Position numbers and translations under genes: made by a program. Under the pieces are notes generated by a model. The model searched no databases, was not told the DNA's origin, and saw nothing but the letters and a program-made list of their open reading frames with translations. A stretch of DNA of 64,000 nucleotides, taken from assembly GCA_000004985.1 (NCBI GenBank), contig GG738912.1; one strand, 5' to 3'. The stretch comes from Naegleria gruberi (Eukaryota). Positions 54,704 to 64,000 of this stretch are shown here, piece after piece. How positions within the stretch are numbered: the first letter of the stretch is position 1; the number at the start of each line of letters is the position of its first letter.

Positions 54704-55821
54704 TATTATTTTGATTCGAAATTTGGAATTAAACCTGATAATATTACACTCACAACAATTCTTCTGTCCTGTGCTGAACATCATGATATTGGAAAGGGTC
54801 ATACCCGACTACATCAAGGAGAATAGACTTGTTGGTGATGTCTCATAAACTTTTACTCTAAATGTACTGATTTAGAGACTGCTCTCTCAATTTTCGAATC
54901 AATTATTAAGAAAAAGAAGGAAGTGAACTCATACACGTACAATGCTATTATTTTTGCATGTGCAGAGCATGGGCAGTCAAGCCATTGCTTTAAATTCTTC
55001 ACTCAAATGATACAGAGCAATATTGAGTTATTGCCAACACCAGAAACATTCACAGCTTTGCTTACTGCTTGTAGCCATTCTCATATGTACGATAAAGCCT
55101 GGGATATCTACAATTCTATGGGAACAAGTTTCGGTATTGAACCAAGTAATATTCATACATCTTGTTTGATTGATGCACTAGCGAGATCTGGGCAATTTGT
55201 GAAAGCTCTTGAAATAATTGGAAAACGCAAAGATAAAGTATATTGGATGACTCTGATGGGAGCATGTAGAAAATTCAACCATGTTGAGATAGCAGAGAAG
55301 GCTTTTGATGCATTGATTGACATTGATTCAACAGATGGTTCATATTATGTTTTATTATCCCATATTTATATATTCAACAATCAAATGGAAAAGGCAGCAA
55401 CAATAAGATTTAATGAAATATAATAATGGCTCAAAAGTTGTTGGAGTCACTTCTGTGATACATTGGCGACGAGATTCACACCCAGTGATGACAGATAAGC
55501 ATCTCATTCAAGTCGAGCTTGATAAATTGATTAATGAACTAATGGAGGCAGGTTATTCTCCAGATACTAGATGGGTTACCAGAATAGAAACTTTGAGCAC
55601 TGAAGAAAAACGAAACCTTTTATGTAGGCATTCTGAAAAGATTGCCATGGCGTATGCTTTTGTCAGAATGCCAAAAACTAAACAAATAGTCTTATTCCAA
55701 AACCTGACTGCCATGAAGCAACAAAGTACATTTCCAAAGTGAGAAAATGATTGTTGTGAGAGATGCAAGTCGATACTACCATATTAAGGACGGAAAATGT
55801 AGCTGTGGTGATAATTGGTAA
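54704..55821 (+). pseudogene. PPR (pentatricopeptide repeat) E/DYW-type gene relic, fragmented by at least 4 frame breaks and lacking an N-terminus
   Basis: PPR motifs GIKPDNITLTTILLSCAEHHDIGKG, LINFYSKCTDLETALSIFESI, NSYTYNAIIFACAEHGQ, TPETFTALLTACSHS, GIEPSNIHTSCLIDALARSGQ. E/DYW-like region across three frames: MKYNNGSKVVGVTSVIHWRRDSHP...GYSPDT...EEKRNLLCRHSEKIAMAYAF (HSE motif) ...DCHEATKYISKV...MIVVRDASRYYHIKDGKCSCGDNW-stop at 55821. Confidence 0.6.
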
Positions 55822-56906
55822 TAACTGTACTAATTTCACTTACAATAATTCAGTCTTACCAATTTATCAAACATCAAATAATAATATCGTATCAAATGAA
55901 AACAACTAGAGATTCTTTCCTGTTAGAATCAAATAAGTATCTGGACTTGAAGTACAAATCCAAACACACTCCATTATAATATCATCACTGTTGTTCCTCC
56001 GAGTGAATCGGACTACTCAGAGACTAATCTCTCTATCTCTCAATCATCTAGAGGCTTATCGACATTACATAACAGACTTGTTTGATAGTATGTCGGAGAA
56101 GGTATTCGTTCAAGTTGTTTTAATAACAAATCTGATATTATAACAATATCTCTTTGCAACCCAAAAAGTTAAGGTATATGATCCAGTCTAGACAGAATAC
56201 TTTCCTTATTTACCTTTGGACATGTTGAGATAAAACGAAGACATAATATTGAGATTGGTCCTTGGAGGATGGCCTTAATAATTTATAGGTTCTGCGAAGT
56301 TATGTATTGGTCCCTTAAGCTTGCAGTGGGGAAGAGAATGTAGGAAAAGTCGAATACAAAAACATCATGACAAATAGTAATCAAATCATGGTGTTGAGAA
56401 TTGTAAATACTAATATGAATTTACATGATTTATCAATATCAAATATTGGATTCTTGATCCACAAGTGTTGCTTAATATCATCTCTAATACCCTATTAGAG
56501 CATTAATTTTAAACCGCCAATAGTTCCATTGTCCAAAACCAAACCACATCCTTAATTTGGCTAGCATATCCGAAAATCCAAATTCAGAACGTATTGCTTA
56601 TGGCGCATATGCTTGCGTCAATCGAATCAGCAGCATGAAGCTCAACTTTGCAGATGATGGATCTGCTAAGAGGACAAGACCTAAACAAACTCAAAAAAAA
56701 CCAACAACACAACAATCACAACATTAAGCAGAAGAGGAATAAGAACTCTTTCTTTAGTAGTACTACTCTCTGACAAGCACTGCAAGACCGCATATAATAT
56801 TTGGTGGTTCGATTTCTTCTTTTTTAAAAGCTCTCACAGAAAGTGAACTGGATTGGATCACAATAATATTATACAATATATTATAATATTCAAGAATAAT
56901 TATACT

Positions 56907-59742
56907 ATGAATCATCCTGCACCCAATAATAGTGATATCATCAACTATGCAAATGGGCATCCTCATCGTCATAACCAACAACAACAGCAGCAACAAGATA
57001 CTCAACACTTTTATTCAAAATCCTATCCAACTTCCTTTAATAATGAAATTGGAAACATCAACAGAAGTGAAGGGGTGAGAGAACCACTCAACCCTGTTTG
57101 GAATAATACTCAACCATATCAGAACCCAAATAAGAGTGCAGCCTCCATGCTCATGTTTCCTCATGATGATGACAGAAGTCCTCTAACCTATTCATTAATA
57201 TCTTCACCTGCCAACAATACTACAAATACAACAACACCATGTACATCTTCTCACAACCGTAATGCTAACAATACCACTAGTTCAAGTATACCACAAGCAT
57301 CAACAGAGAGATCCTCATGTACTAACTACATGTATCCAACGTCCTCAAACAACAACTCAAACATCCAACAACAATATCCTCAAAGGAAACAATCTTCTCC
57401 ACCACCTCACTATCCAATCAGAAATAATAATCAATCTGTACATGATGTGGCGCCTTCACCCATACAGCGTAATACACCTTCTTCAAATGGCTCAACCATA
57501 AACAGTCAATTGCTCCATGACTGTCGGGGTGTACAAATTAATAATTATGATATACCTAGTTCGAATTGTCAAAGAGAGGATGGAAAATCATTCATCCAAC
57601 AACCTGATCAGCTTGTCCAAACAAAACAAGAATTCAAAACAAACATAACCATCAGTAGCAGCTCGGATATTGATTTTCCCAACAATATGAATAATACCAA
57701 TAGAGTTTCGACTGATCATCATCAGCCTACATGTATTATTAATAATAATAATTATAATAATAATAATAATATGAACGAATTCAATAACACTAGAAGAACA
57801 ACATCATCATCAACATATGGTTATAATAATAATAATTCTACGACATTAGACCAGAATATGTTTAATAATTCCTCTTCACCACCTCCTTCTTCCATGTTGC
57901 AATATTATAACTCACAACAACATCATAACAACAACAATAACTCTGTATCAAATATTCCTAATCAGAAGAGAATTTCTCCAACTGTAAATTATGAATCTTC
58001 TTCGACTGGTAGGATTGTTGATGAATCAGCATCATATCATAATGGTAGTAGAGCAACAACAAGCTTACCACAACAACAGCATGCAGCAACATCCTCACAT
58101 GACAATACACATGTACTACCTTATTATAATGCACATCCTTCTAGACATGCATCGCCTACATCCACCACCTATCAATACTCCCCACATCAGCAGCACCAAC
58201 AACAACATGTACAACAATCACCTAGAAGTTTGCCAACTGATCAGCCGAGAGAATATCCTTCTTCTTATTCTGATCCAGTGGTGAGTAATTCTTCTCAACC
58301 ACCACAGTATCAGCCATCATTACAGAAAGATAATAGATCGTTGGATCCTTCTTATTCAGCTAATGGATATCACTCGCAACAGCAGTATCAATTAACAACA
58401 CAAATAATACTACTAGCAGCAATCATACTAGATCAAATTTAAGTGCTAATTTCCATTCCTCAACTGATTTTTCATTTAGTGGAAGAAATGCAAGTCATAG
58501 TGGATCCTCTGATGATAATTCTGATTCAAAACTGAATCATGGAGGAGCTTTGAATGGTGATTCTAGAAAACACAAGAAGAAAGGTCCAAAGAAGAGAGAA
58601 ATTTCAAGAGATGATATGAAAAAGTATTTCCATGTTTCTCAAACAGTTGCTGCTAAAATGTTAGGAGTTTCAGTTAGTACTCTTAAAAGAAGGTAAGTTG
58701 TCTTCTCGAAGAAAATCATCTAATTCTTGTATTTATCATGTTTGCTCTCATGTACATTGATTGCATAATACTTAATGTAAATGTATTAATTATCAATATT
58801 ATGTTGATGCATCTTACATCCAATGCATGTATCTGAATTTAAATTATATCGGATGAACCAATTCGCTTTTTGCTGATTCCTCCCTTAATGCATTTAACAT
58901 TGGTATTTACCGTAAAAAAACTTACTTTCATATTTGGACTTTAAGATTTTATGAGGAGTTTAACATGAAATGGCCATATGTGCCTTCAAAAACCAATACT
59001 TCAAAGAGAAAGAAGGATGACAATGGGGAGACAACATTGGGAAGTGGTGATAATAGTCAACAAAACTCAGATGAGCATGCTTCATCACATGAGATGGTAC
59101 TTCCTCATCAACAACAGCAACTGCAACCACCATCCTCATTCGATTCACCTTATAAGAAATTGAAGAGAGATGTTATCTTTGATCCACCAAATAATGTAGT
59201 TAGCGAGCAAAATCATCTTTCTGCAACATTCACATACTTCTTATCAAAATAATGTTCAGAATGCACCACCACCTCAATATTCTCAAATGAATGATAGAAA
59301 TTCATCCACACATGGATCCATGCATGCCTATCCAACATCCATTAATGTAAATAATAATCATATAGAAAATGGATCAACTAGTTTACATATCAGAAATGAG
59401 AATGTTTCAAATGTAGCTCCAACAAGACATGCTCAAGTGGTTTCTTATCAACATGCTGAACCTTATCCTCCTTCCTCTTCTGCTACCATTCGAAACAATA
59501 TCAATAACAGTACATCTACCTCACTCATGTCTTATCATGCTCCACAACAAACAATGAACCATGCCAATCATGGTATCATACATTCTAATTCACCTCCTGG
59601 TTACATGATGAGAGGAGAAGATGTTTATTCATCAGCTGCAACTACATCTCAATCACAACATTTTGAAGCAGCTACAGTTTCTGGACCAACTACCAATATG
59701 TTACCTCCTATTTCCTCTTTTAAAATGGAATCTTGGAAGTAA
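56907..59742 (+). CDS. RWP-RK domain transcription factor with a long N/Q/S/H-rich low-complexity N-terminus; intron 58693..58945 splits the RWP-RK domain; 1-2 frame breaks
   Basis: ...KKGPKKREISRDDMKKYFHVSQTVAAKMLGVSVSTLKRR|gtaagt ...253 nt... ttaag|FYEEFNMKWPYVPSK aligns residue-for-residue with the RWP-RK consensus ([IL]S.[ED]DL..YFH....AAK.LGV..T.LKR.CR..GI.RWP.RK). A frame change occurs between 58364 and 58442. Another lies near 59190-59240 (alternatively a 61-nt GTTAGC..CAG intron). Confidence 0.6.
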
Positions 59743-60383
59743 TTAATACACCCAATTGTTTAATTGTTTGACATGTTACATATGCCATGTCACTTTGGAA
59801 CCTGATCGTTTTTTGCAAACAATAAAAGGATCTTTGTTATCCAAAATTATACTCAAGGTGCATTGTTTAATAAGGAAATCATCAGATATTAAATAGTTCA
59901 CTGTTTCAAACGACATTTTCCTTTCGTCAGATATGCATTTTTTAGTGTGGATGATTTACTATTTGCAATTTATTTACAATGAAATTGAGGAGGAGCAGTA
60001 ATTAGAATAGTCAATTCCTAATACCGCTCCATATATGTGAATTATGAAACAAGTGACATGATAGCAGCTGATTAATTGCAGGAATGGGTTTAATTGTATA
60101 AATGTTAAATACGTAAACATCTTCACCCGTTGAATACCTTCAAGTATACAATTACATTGAAGCCACTTTTACAATTAAATACCTAGATAAAGACAATGAT
60201 TTAAGATTGGATGTAAACAATCTCCAATATATATTCAAAATATCGATCAGTGTTGCTGCTCAATAACAACTTCCAAAGCGTGAAATTTGAATCAGATCAA
60301 CAACTTATATTTTGAGGGTTGGTCTGGGAATCGAATTGCAATAAAAAATTTGAAAGACCAGAGAATAAATACATTGATATAAC

Positions 60384-60444
60384 AGCCAAGAAGCGCGATG
60401 GGCTCATAACCCATAGGTCCTAGGATCGAAACCTAGATTTGCTA
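60384..60444 (+). tRNA. Initiator tRNA-Met-like fragment (anticodon CAT) lacking a D-arm; probable pseudogene
   Basis: AGCCAAG-AA-GCGCG-ATGGG-CTCATAA-CCCAT-AGGTC-CTAGG-ATCGAAA-CCTAG-ATTTGCT-A. It has the eukaryotic initiator hallmarks: A1:U72, three G:C pairs in the anticodon stem, and T-loop AUCGAAA with A54/A60. Only 5 nt lie between the acceptor and anticodon stems, so the D stem-loop is missing. Confidence 0.4.
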
Positions 60445-60553
60445 ATCGTTTTACAATTTTGGAATTGAAAATGTTTAAAATATTTAAATCTATTAATAAA
60501 TTTAGTGAACTAAGGTAAGAAAACCTTATCTATCCAATACATTTAAAAGGAAA

Positions 60554-60625
60554 GGGGACCAGTGGGAATCGAACCCACGGCCTCTCGCACCCAAAGCGAG
60601 AATCATACCACTAGACCATGGTCCC
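60554..60625 (-). tRNA. tRNA-Pro (anticodon UGG)
   Basis: Reverse complement GGGACCATGGTCTAGTGGTATGATTCTCGCTTTGGGTGCGAGAGGCCGTGGGTTCGATTCCCACTGGTCCCC. Cloverleaf with 7-bp acceptor, anticodon loop TTTGGGT (UGG, G37) and T-arm GTGGG-TTCGATT-CCCAC. A TTTT tract follows the 3' end. Confidence 0.85.
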
Positions 60626-60730
60626 TTACACTATTATTTGCTTAAGACATAGATCCCAATAGTTTGTTGTGTTTTCTCGAATAATTTGTAGGCACTGTTT
60701 GTTTAAGCAAGTTAAAATTTTGAAAAGAAT

Positions 60731-60739
60731 AACAAAAAA
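60731..60739 (-). terminator. RNA polymerase III terminator (T6 run) immediately 3' of the 5S gene
   Basis: Plus strand aacaaaaaa gives TTTTTTGTT on the minus strand, directly after ...GTAGTC. Confidence 0.6.
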
Positions 60740-60857
60740 GACTACAGCACCACAGGTTCCCAAGTTGTCTCCAACCTCAGTATTGATGTGGCTCGACGAT
60801 GCTTAACTTCTCAAATCGGACGGGATGAGGTGCATTCATCGTGATATGGCCGTAGCC
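60740..60857 (-). rRNA. 5S ribosomal RNA
   Basis: Reverse complement GGCTACGGCCATATCACGATGAATGCACCTCATCCCGTCCGATTTGAGAAGTTAAGCATCGTCGAGCCACATCAATACTGAGGTTGGAGACAACTTGGGAACCTGTGGTGCTGTAGTC is collinear with eukaryotic 5S rRNA (GCCTACGGCCATACC...CCCGTCTGATCTCGGAAGCTAAGCAGGGTCGGGCC...TGGGAGACC...GGGAATACCGGGTGCTGTAGGC). Helix I pairs GGCTAC/GTAGTC. Confidence 0.85.
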
Positions 60858-61045
60858 GTTCATTAATAAAAAATTTGAAATATAAATCAAATTCACACCA
60901 GTTTCTTGAAAGAAGCAACATTTCTTAGCTATTCTGTTACACAAAAACTGGGAAATTGAATAGAATTAAGTTGGGAATTCCCAACTCGATATTCCTCATC
61001 ATATAAATCAAAGTTGGAAATATTAATTGTCATAAATAAAAAAAA

Positions 61046-61663
61046 ATGATGAACAACCAAACAAACGAAACAGTAGAACAAGCAAATGAATTAAAGTACG
61101 AATTAAACTCTGTTGTTGAACGTTTAGATCAAGTGGTCATGGCTTGGAGCAGTAAAATGACCAAACGCGAGAATGATTTTCAAGAATTACAAAAACTTTC
61201 AACAAAATTCACATTCAAAGAAGGTGAAATTATCAAACTAAACATTAGTGGAATCGTTTTCAAGGTTTTTAAGGAAACTTTGGATCAGAAAATTGTAAAA
61301 CCTAAACCTACAACAATTAAATTTACAAATAGTAGACTTAGAAATGAACAAAGTATGGAACAGTCAACGGAGGAAGTTCAATATTATCCACCTAACTTTT
61401 TCAATGTACTCATGTCTGGAATTCACAATTTATCGATGGATAAGGATACAAATGCGATATTTATTAATAGAGATCCAACTCATTTTCATTGCATTCTCAA
61501 TTATTTGAGAGGTCAAGGACATTCGAAAGATTTCGTTCTTCCAAAAGATTCGTATGCTCTCGAATGTTTGTTTATCGAAGCAAGATTTTACATGTTGGAA
61601 GGTTTGATGGAAATTATTGAGAGAATTTCTCCAAATATTAAACAAAATTATTGCAGAGATTAG
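61046..61663 (+). CDS. BTB/POZ protein of the KCTD / K+-channel-tetramerisation (T1) type
   Basis: IIKLNISGIVFKV...FINRDPTHFHCILNYLRGQG...LPKDSYALECLFIEARFYMLEGL matches the T1/KCTD BTB consensus (FIDRDG..F..ILNYLR.G). Confidence 0.7.
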   Translation: MMNNQTNETVEQANELKYELNSVVERLDQVVMAWSSKMTKRENDFQELQKLSTKFTFKEGEIIKLNISGIVFKVFKETLDQKIVKPKPTTIKFTNSRLRNEQSMEQSTEEVQYYPPNFFNVLMSGIHNLSMDKDTNAIFINRDPTHFHCILNYLRGQGHSKDFVLPKDSYALECLFIEARFYMLEGLMEIIERISPNIKQNYCRD

Positions 61664-62083
61664 TTTAAAAGAATTGCAAACTAAACTCTTTAGATTCTGC
61701 CAATTCTTCAATATACAATTATATTCTGTAACTTCTTTGAATAATAAACCAACACGTAATTGTCAATCCTCATTCCAATTAAAGATGCTTCTGACATTCA
61801 ATTTCTCCATCTCTTTAAACCAGTTTCGAACAACTGAATTCAACACTTTCTTGCATTCACGCCATTCTCAACATTTTCAGCATTTTCTTACATCCACAAC
61901 GCATTCCAATCATTGTAATCTTTGAATTTCTCTTCTTCTTATCTCTCAAGTCCTTAAAGAATCCGCACAATAAACCCAAATATAGACCACAACAAGTCAA
62001 CTCACGTACAATGAATTGTAAAAAAAAACAAAGCAACATACATTGAGCAGTACGCACACTCTCTTTTGCACTACTAACTCAAG

Positions 62084-63526
62084 ATGTTCGCAGAGGAAAC
62101 TCATGGTCATTACCATGATAAAAAGAAGACGAAACTCGCCAAAGATAATGTTGACGAAATGATTGAAATTGAAATGCCAAATAATGCAAATAACAGCAGT
62201 AGTGGAAACGGAGATGTGGCTGGACAACAAACAGTAATGCATAGAATTGGTTCTTCTCCGACCTTTAGTCCAGTTTCTGTTCCTAGGTTAAATGTTTCGT
62301 ATGTGGATCAAGCTACTCGAGAGTGGCAATCGGATTTTAAACAATTTCCTCTAGTGGATACAGCCAATATTTCAAAGAAGGAAGTTGTAGAGTTTTACGA
62401 AAAGCAAAATGAAATGGTTGATGAATATTCGAAACTTTTCAAATCCAAGTTGGAGCATTCGGACGAAACTACAACTGAAGGCGATTTGACAGGACGTTCT
62501 GTTGCCAATGAAGCTGCTTTCGAACAGGAAGAACATATTACACCTGCCATGAAAAGATTAGAATATTGGTGCATTCACTTGTCATTTTGGACAAACGTTT
62601 GTTTATTTGTGTTGAAATGTTCTGCGAGTATCTTATCAGTTTCTCTCTCAGTTATTACATCCACAATTGATTCTGCTTTGGATTTATTATCTGGTTTGAT
62701 TATTTATATTACTTCATTGTATAGAAGAAGAAAGAATGATATTTATCAATATCCAATTGGTAGAAATAGATTGGAACCAATTGGTTTTGTAATTTTTGCT
62801 ACTTGTATGTGTACTGCAAGTTTGCAAATTATCAAGGAAGGTTTATCTCAAATCGTGACAGGTCTCATTACAGGTGATGTTTATATTAATGCAAATAGCT
62901 CAGATGATTCAAATGCTGAAGTTGACTGGATGTTTGGTATTATGATTCCTAAATATGTTGCCACTATTTTCTATTGGTATGGTATTGGTGTCCTGTTGGC
63001 AACCATTCTCATCAAATTGGCTCTCCATTTGATTTGTAGAAGAGTTAAACATTCTCCTTCAGTTATTGCCTATGCATTCGATCACAGAAATGATGTCTTG
63101 TCTAATAGTTTGTTGCTTGTTTCCCTATTCTTGAGCAAATATTTGTGGTGGCTCGATTCTATTGGTGCTGTCATTTTGAGTATTTACATTATTAAGAGTT
63201 GGATTGACGAATCTTTGGAACATGTGACTAAACTTGTTGGTTTGACTGCTGATAAGGAATACATTCAAAAGTTGACATTCATGGCATTGAATCATAGTCC
63301 TCTAATTACTCAAGTTGATTCAGTAATGGCCTATTATTCTGGTGCCAATATGATTGTTGAGATTGATGTTGTCTTGCCAAAGGAAACTCCACTCTTGGAA
63401 TCTCACGACGTTGGTGAAACATTGCAAAAGAAGATTGAATCCTTGCCAGATGTTGAAAGATGTTATGTCCATTTGGATTATGAATTTTCACATACAAAGG
63501 ATTATGAACATGTCGTTAAGGATTAA
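62084..63526 (+). CDS. Cation diffusion facilitator (CDF) transporter, Mn-type (MTP8/11-like)
   Basis: Six TM helices. TM2 STIDSALDLLSG and TM5 FDHRNDVLSNS both carry DxxxD, the Mn-CDF signature; Zn-CDFs carry HxxxD. C-terminal cytoplasmic domain with HLDYEF. Confidence 0.8.
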   Translation: MFAEETHGHYHDKKKTKLAKDNVDEMIEIEMPNNANNSSSGNGDVAGQQTVMHRIGSSPTFSPVSVPRLNVSYVDQATREWQSDFKQFPLVDTANISKKEVVEFYEKQNEMVDEYSKLFKSKLEHSDETTTEGDLTGRSVANEAAFEQEEHITPAMKRLEYWCIHLSFWTNVCLFVLKCSASILSVSLSVITSTIDSALDLLSGLIIYITSLYRRRKNDIYQYPIGRNRLEPIGFVIFATCMCTASLQIIKEGLSQIVTGLITGDVYINANSSDDSNAEVDWMFGIMIPKYVATIFYWYGIGVLLATILIKLALHLICRRVKHSPSVIAYAFDHRNDVLSNSLLLVSLFLSKYLWWLDSIGAVILSIYIIKSWIDESLEHVTKLVGLTADKEYIQKLTFMALNHSPLITQVDSVMAYYSGANMIVEIDVVLPKETPLLESHDVGETLQKKIESLPDVERCYVHLDYEFSHTKDYEHVVKD

Positions 63527-63667
63527 TTTTAAACACACAATTATATAACTCGACAACACAGACTTGTCTTTGTAAATATTAAATATATATTCACATAATA
63601 TTTATTCTAGAGACAGTTCAATAATTTCAGATTTGATTGATTTGTTTACAATACTTTACAAAAATCT

Positions 63668-64000
63668 CTAAAACAACATTTTCAAAATACTCTTAATGAC
63701 AAAGTAAGCAAGAATCAAAAATCCTAAAAAGTATAATGGACGTTGTTCCACAGGAATTCCATTAGCTTGTCTAACAAGAGGATCAAACAAATCCGATAAT
63801 CCACCTCTACCTCCAGAAGCTTGCAAATTATTATAGGTTGTTGAAGATGATGCAGATGATCCCAAAACTCTTCCTCCACCCGAAGGGAAAGCTCCTGGTG
63901 ATGTATTAGTTCCATGTTTCTTAATCATATCCTCCACTTTATCCATATCAGCTCCTACAATTTGTCCTAACTTTGATCCTGCCTTGAAGAAGAGGAATGT
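63668..64000 (-). CDS. Thioredoxin-fold protein with a G/S-rich linker and C-terminal TM tail anchor; partial, 5' end beyond the window
   Basis: The frame is open to the window edge: ...TFLFFKAGSKLGQIVGADMDKVEDMIKKH matches the thioredoxin C-terminal motif (PTF.FFK.G..V...GA....L...I.KH). Then ...QRPLYFLGFLILAYFVIKSILKMLF-stop at 63668. Confidence 0.6.
   Translation of the reverse strand, partial: TFLFFKAGSKLGQIVGADMDKVEDMIKKHGTNTSPGAFPSGGGRVLGSSASSSTTYNNLQASGGRGGLSDLFDPLVRQANGIPVEQRPLYFLGFLILAYFVIKSILKMLF

Overview
The window is eukaryotic nuclear DNA, AT-rich and gene-dense. It shows no prokaryotic organisation (no operons, no CRISPR).

Evidence for an amoebozoan-type genome (dictyostelid or myxogastrid/Physarum-like):
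- short introns of 40-250 nt with strong GTAAGT donors and YAG acceptors
- long N/Q/S/H-rich low-complexity tracts in proteins
- a Zn2Cys6 and an RWP-RK transcription factor
- a DYW-type PPR relic
- dispersed 5S rRNA and tRNA genes.

I can support about 35 protein-coding loci, two tRNA loci and one 5S rRNA. Highlights:
1. A ~13.5-kb multi-exon gene (528..14053, minus) for a giant cysteine-rich type I membrane protein. It has a signal peptide, a beta-propeller-like domain, many EGF-like/Cys-rich modules, PKD/REJ-like repeats and a single TM. It contains a 228-bp tandem EGF-like repeat array and a 50-nt N gap.
2. A single-exon 9.5-kb ORF (44793..54275, minus) encoding a 3,160-aa protein whose C-terminal two thirds is an array of roughly 80-90 IQ-like calmodulin-binding motifs.
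3. A fragmented PPR-E-DYW-type (RNA-editing-factor-like) gene relic next to a Pol III cluster. The cluster holds a 5S rRNA, tRNA-Pro(UGG) and a D-arm-less initiator-tRNA-Met-like fragment.
4. An inverted pair of Sel1-repeat/BTB paralogues.
5. A divergent G-alpha-like protein lacking the catalytic switch residues.
6. A secreted, probably GPI-anchored, protein whose mature N-terminus is a histidine (candidate His-brace copper protein).
7. Well-conserved housekeeping genes: GST, CRY-DASH photolyase, CHMP2/Vps2, mitochondrial-type Hsp70, actin-related protein, Mn-type CDF transporter, KCTD-like BTB, BAP31-like, a KH-Smr protein and an F-box protein.

Several otherwise continuous genes are broken by apparent single-base frame breaks. 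Where sequence context can be read (Sel1-BTB A, the PPR relic) the break sits in a short A-run, which together with the N gap suggests draft-quality sequence; the other sites are less clear.

All calls come from reading the translations and splice signals by eye. No database search was run.
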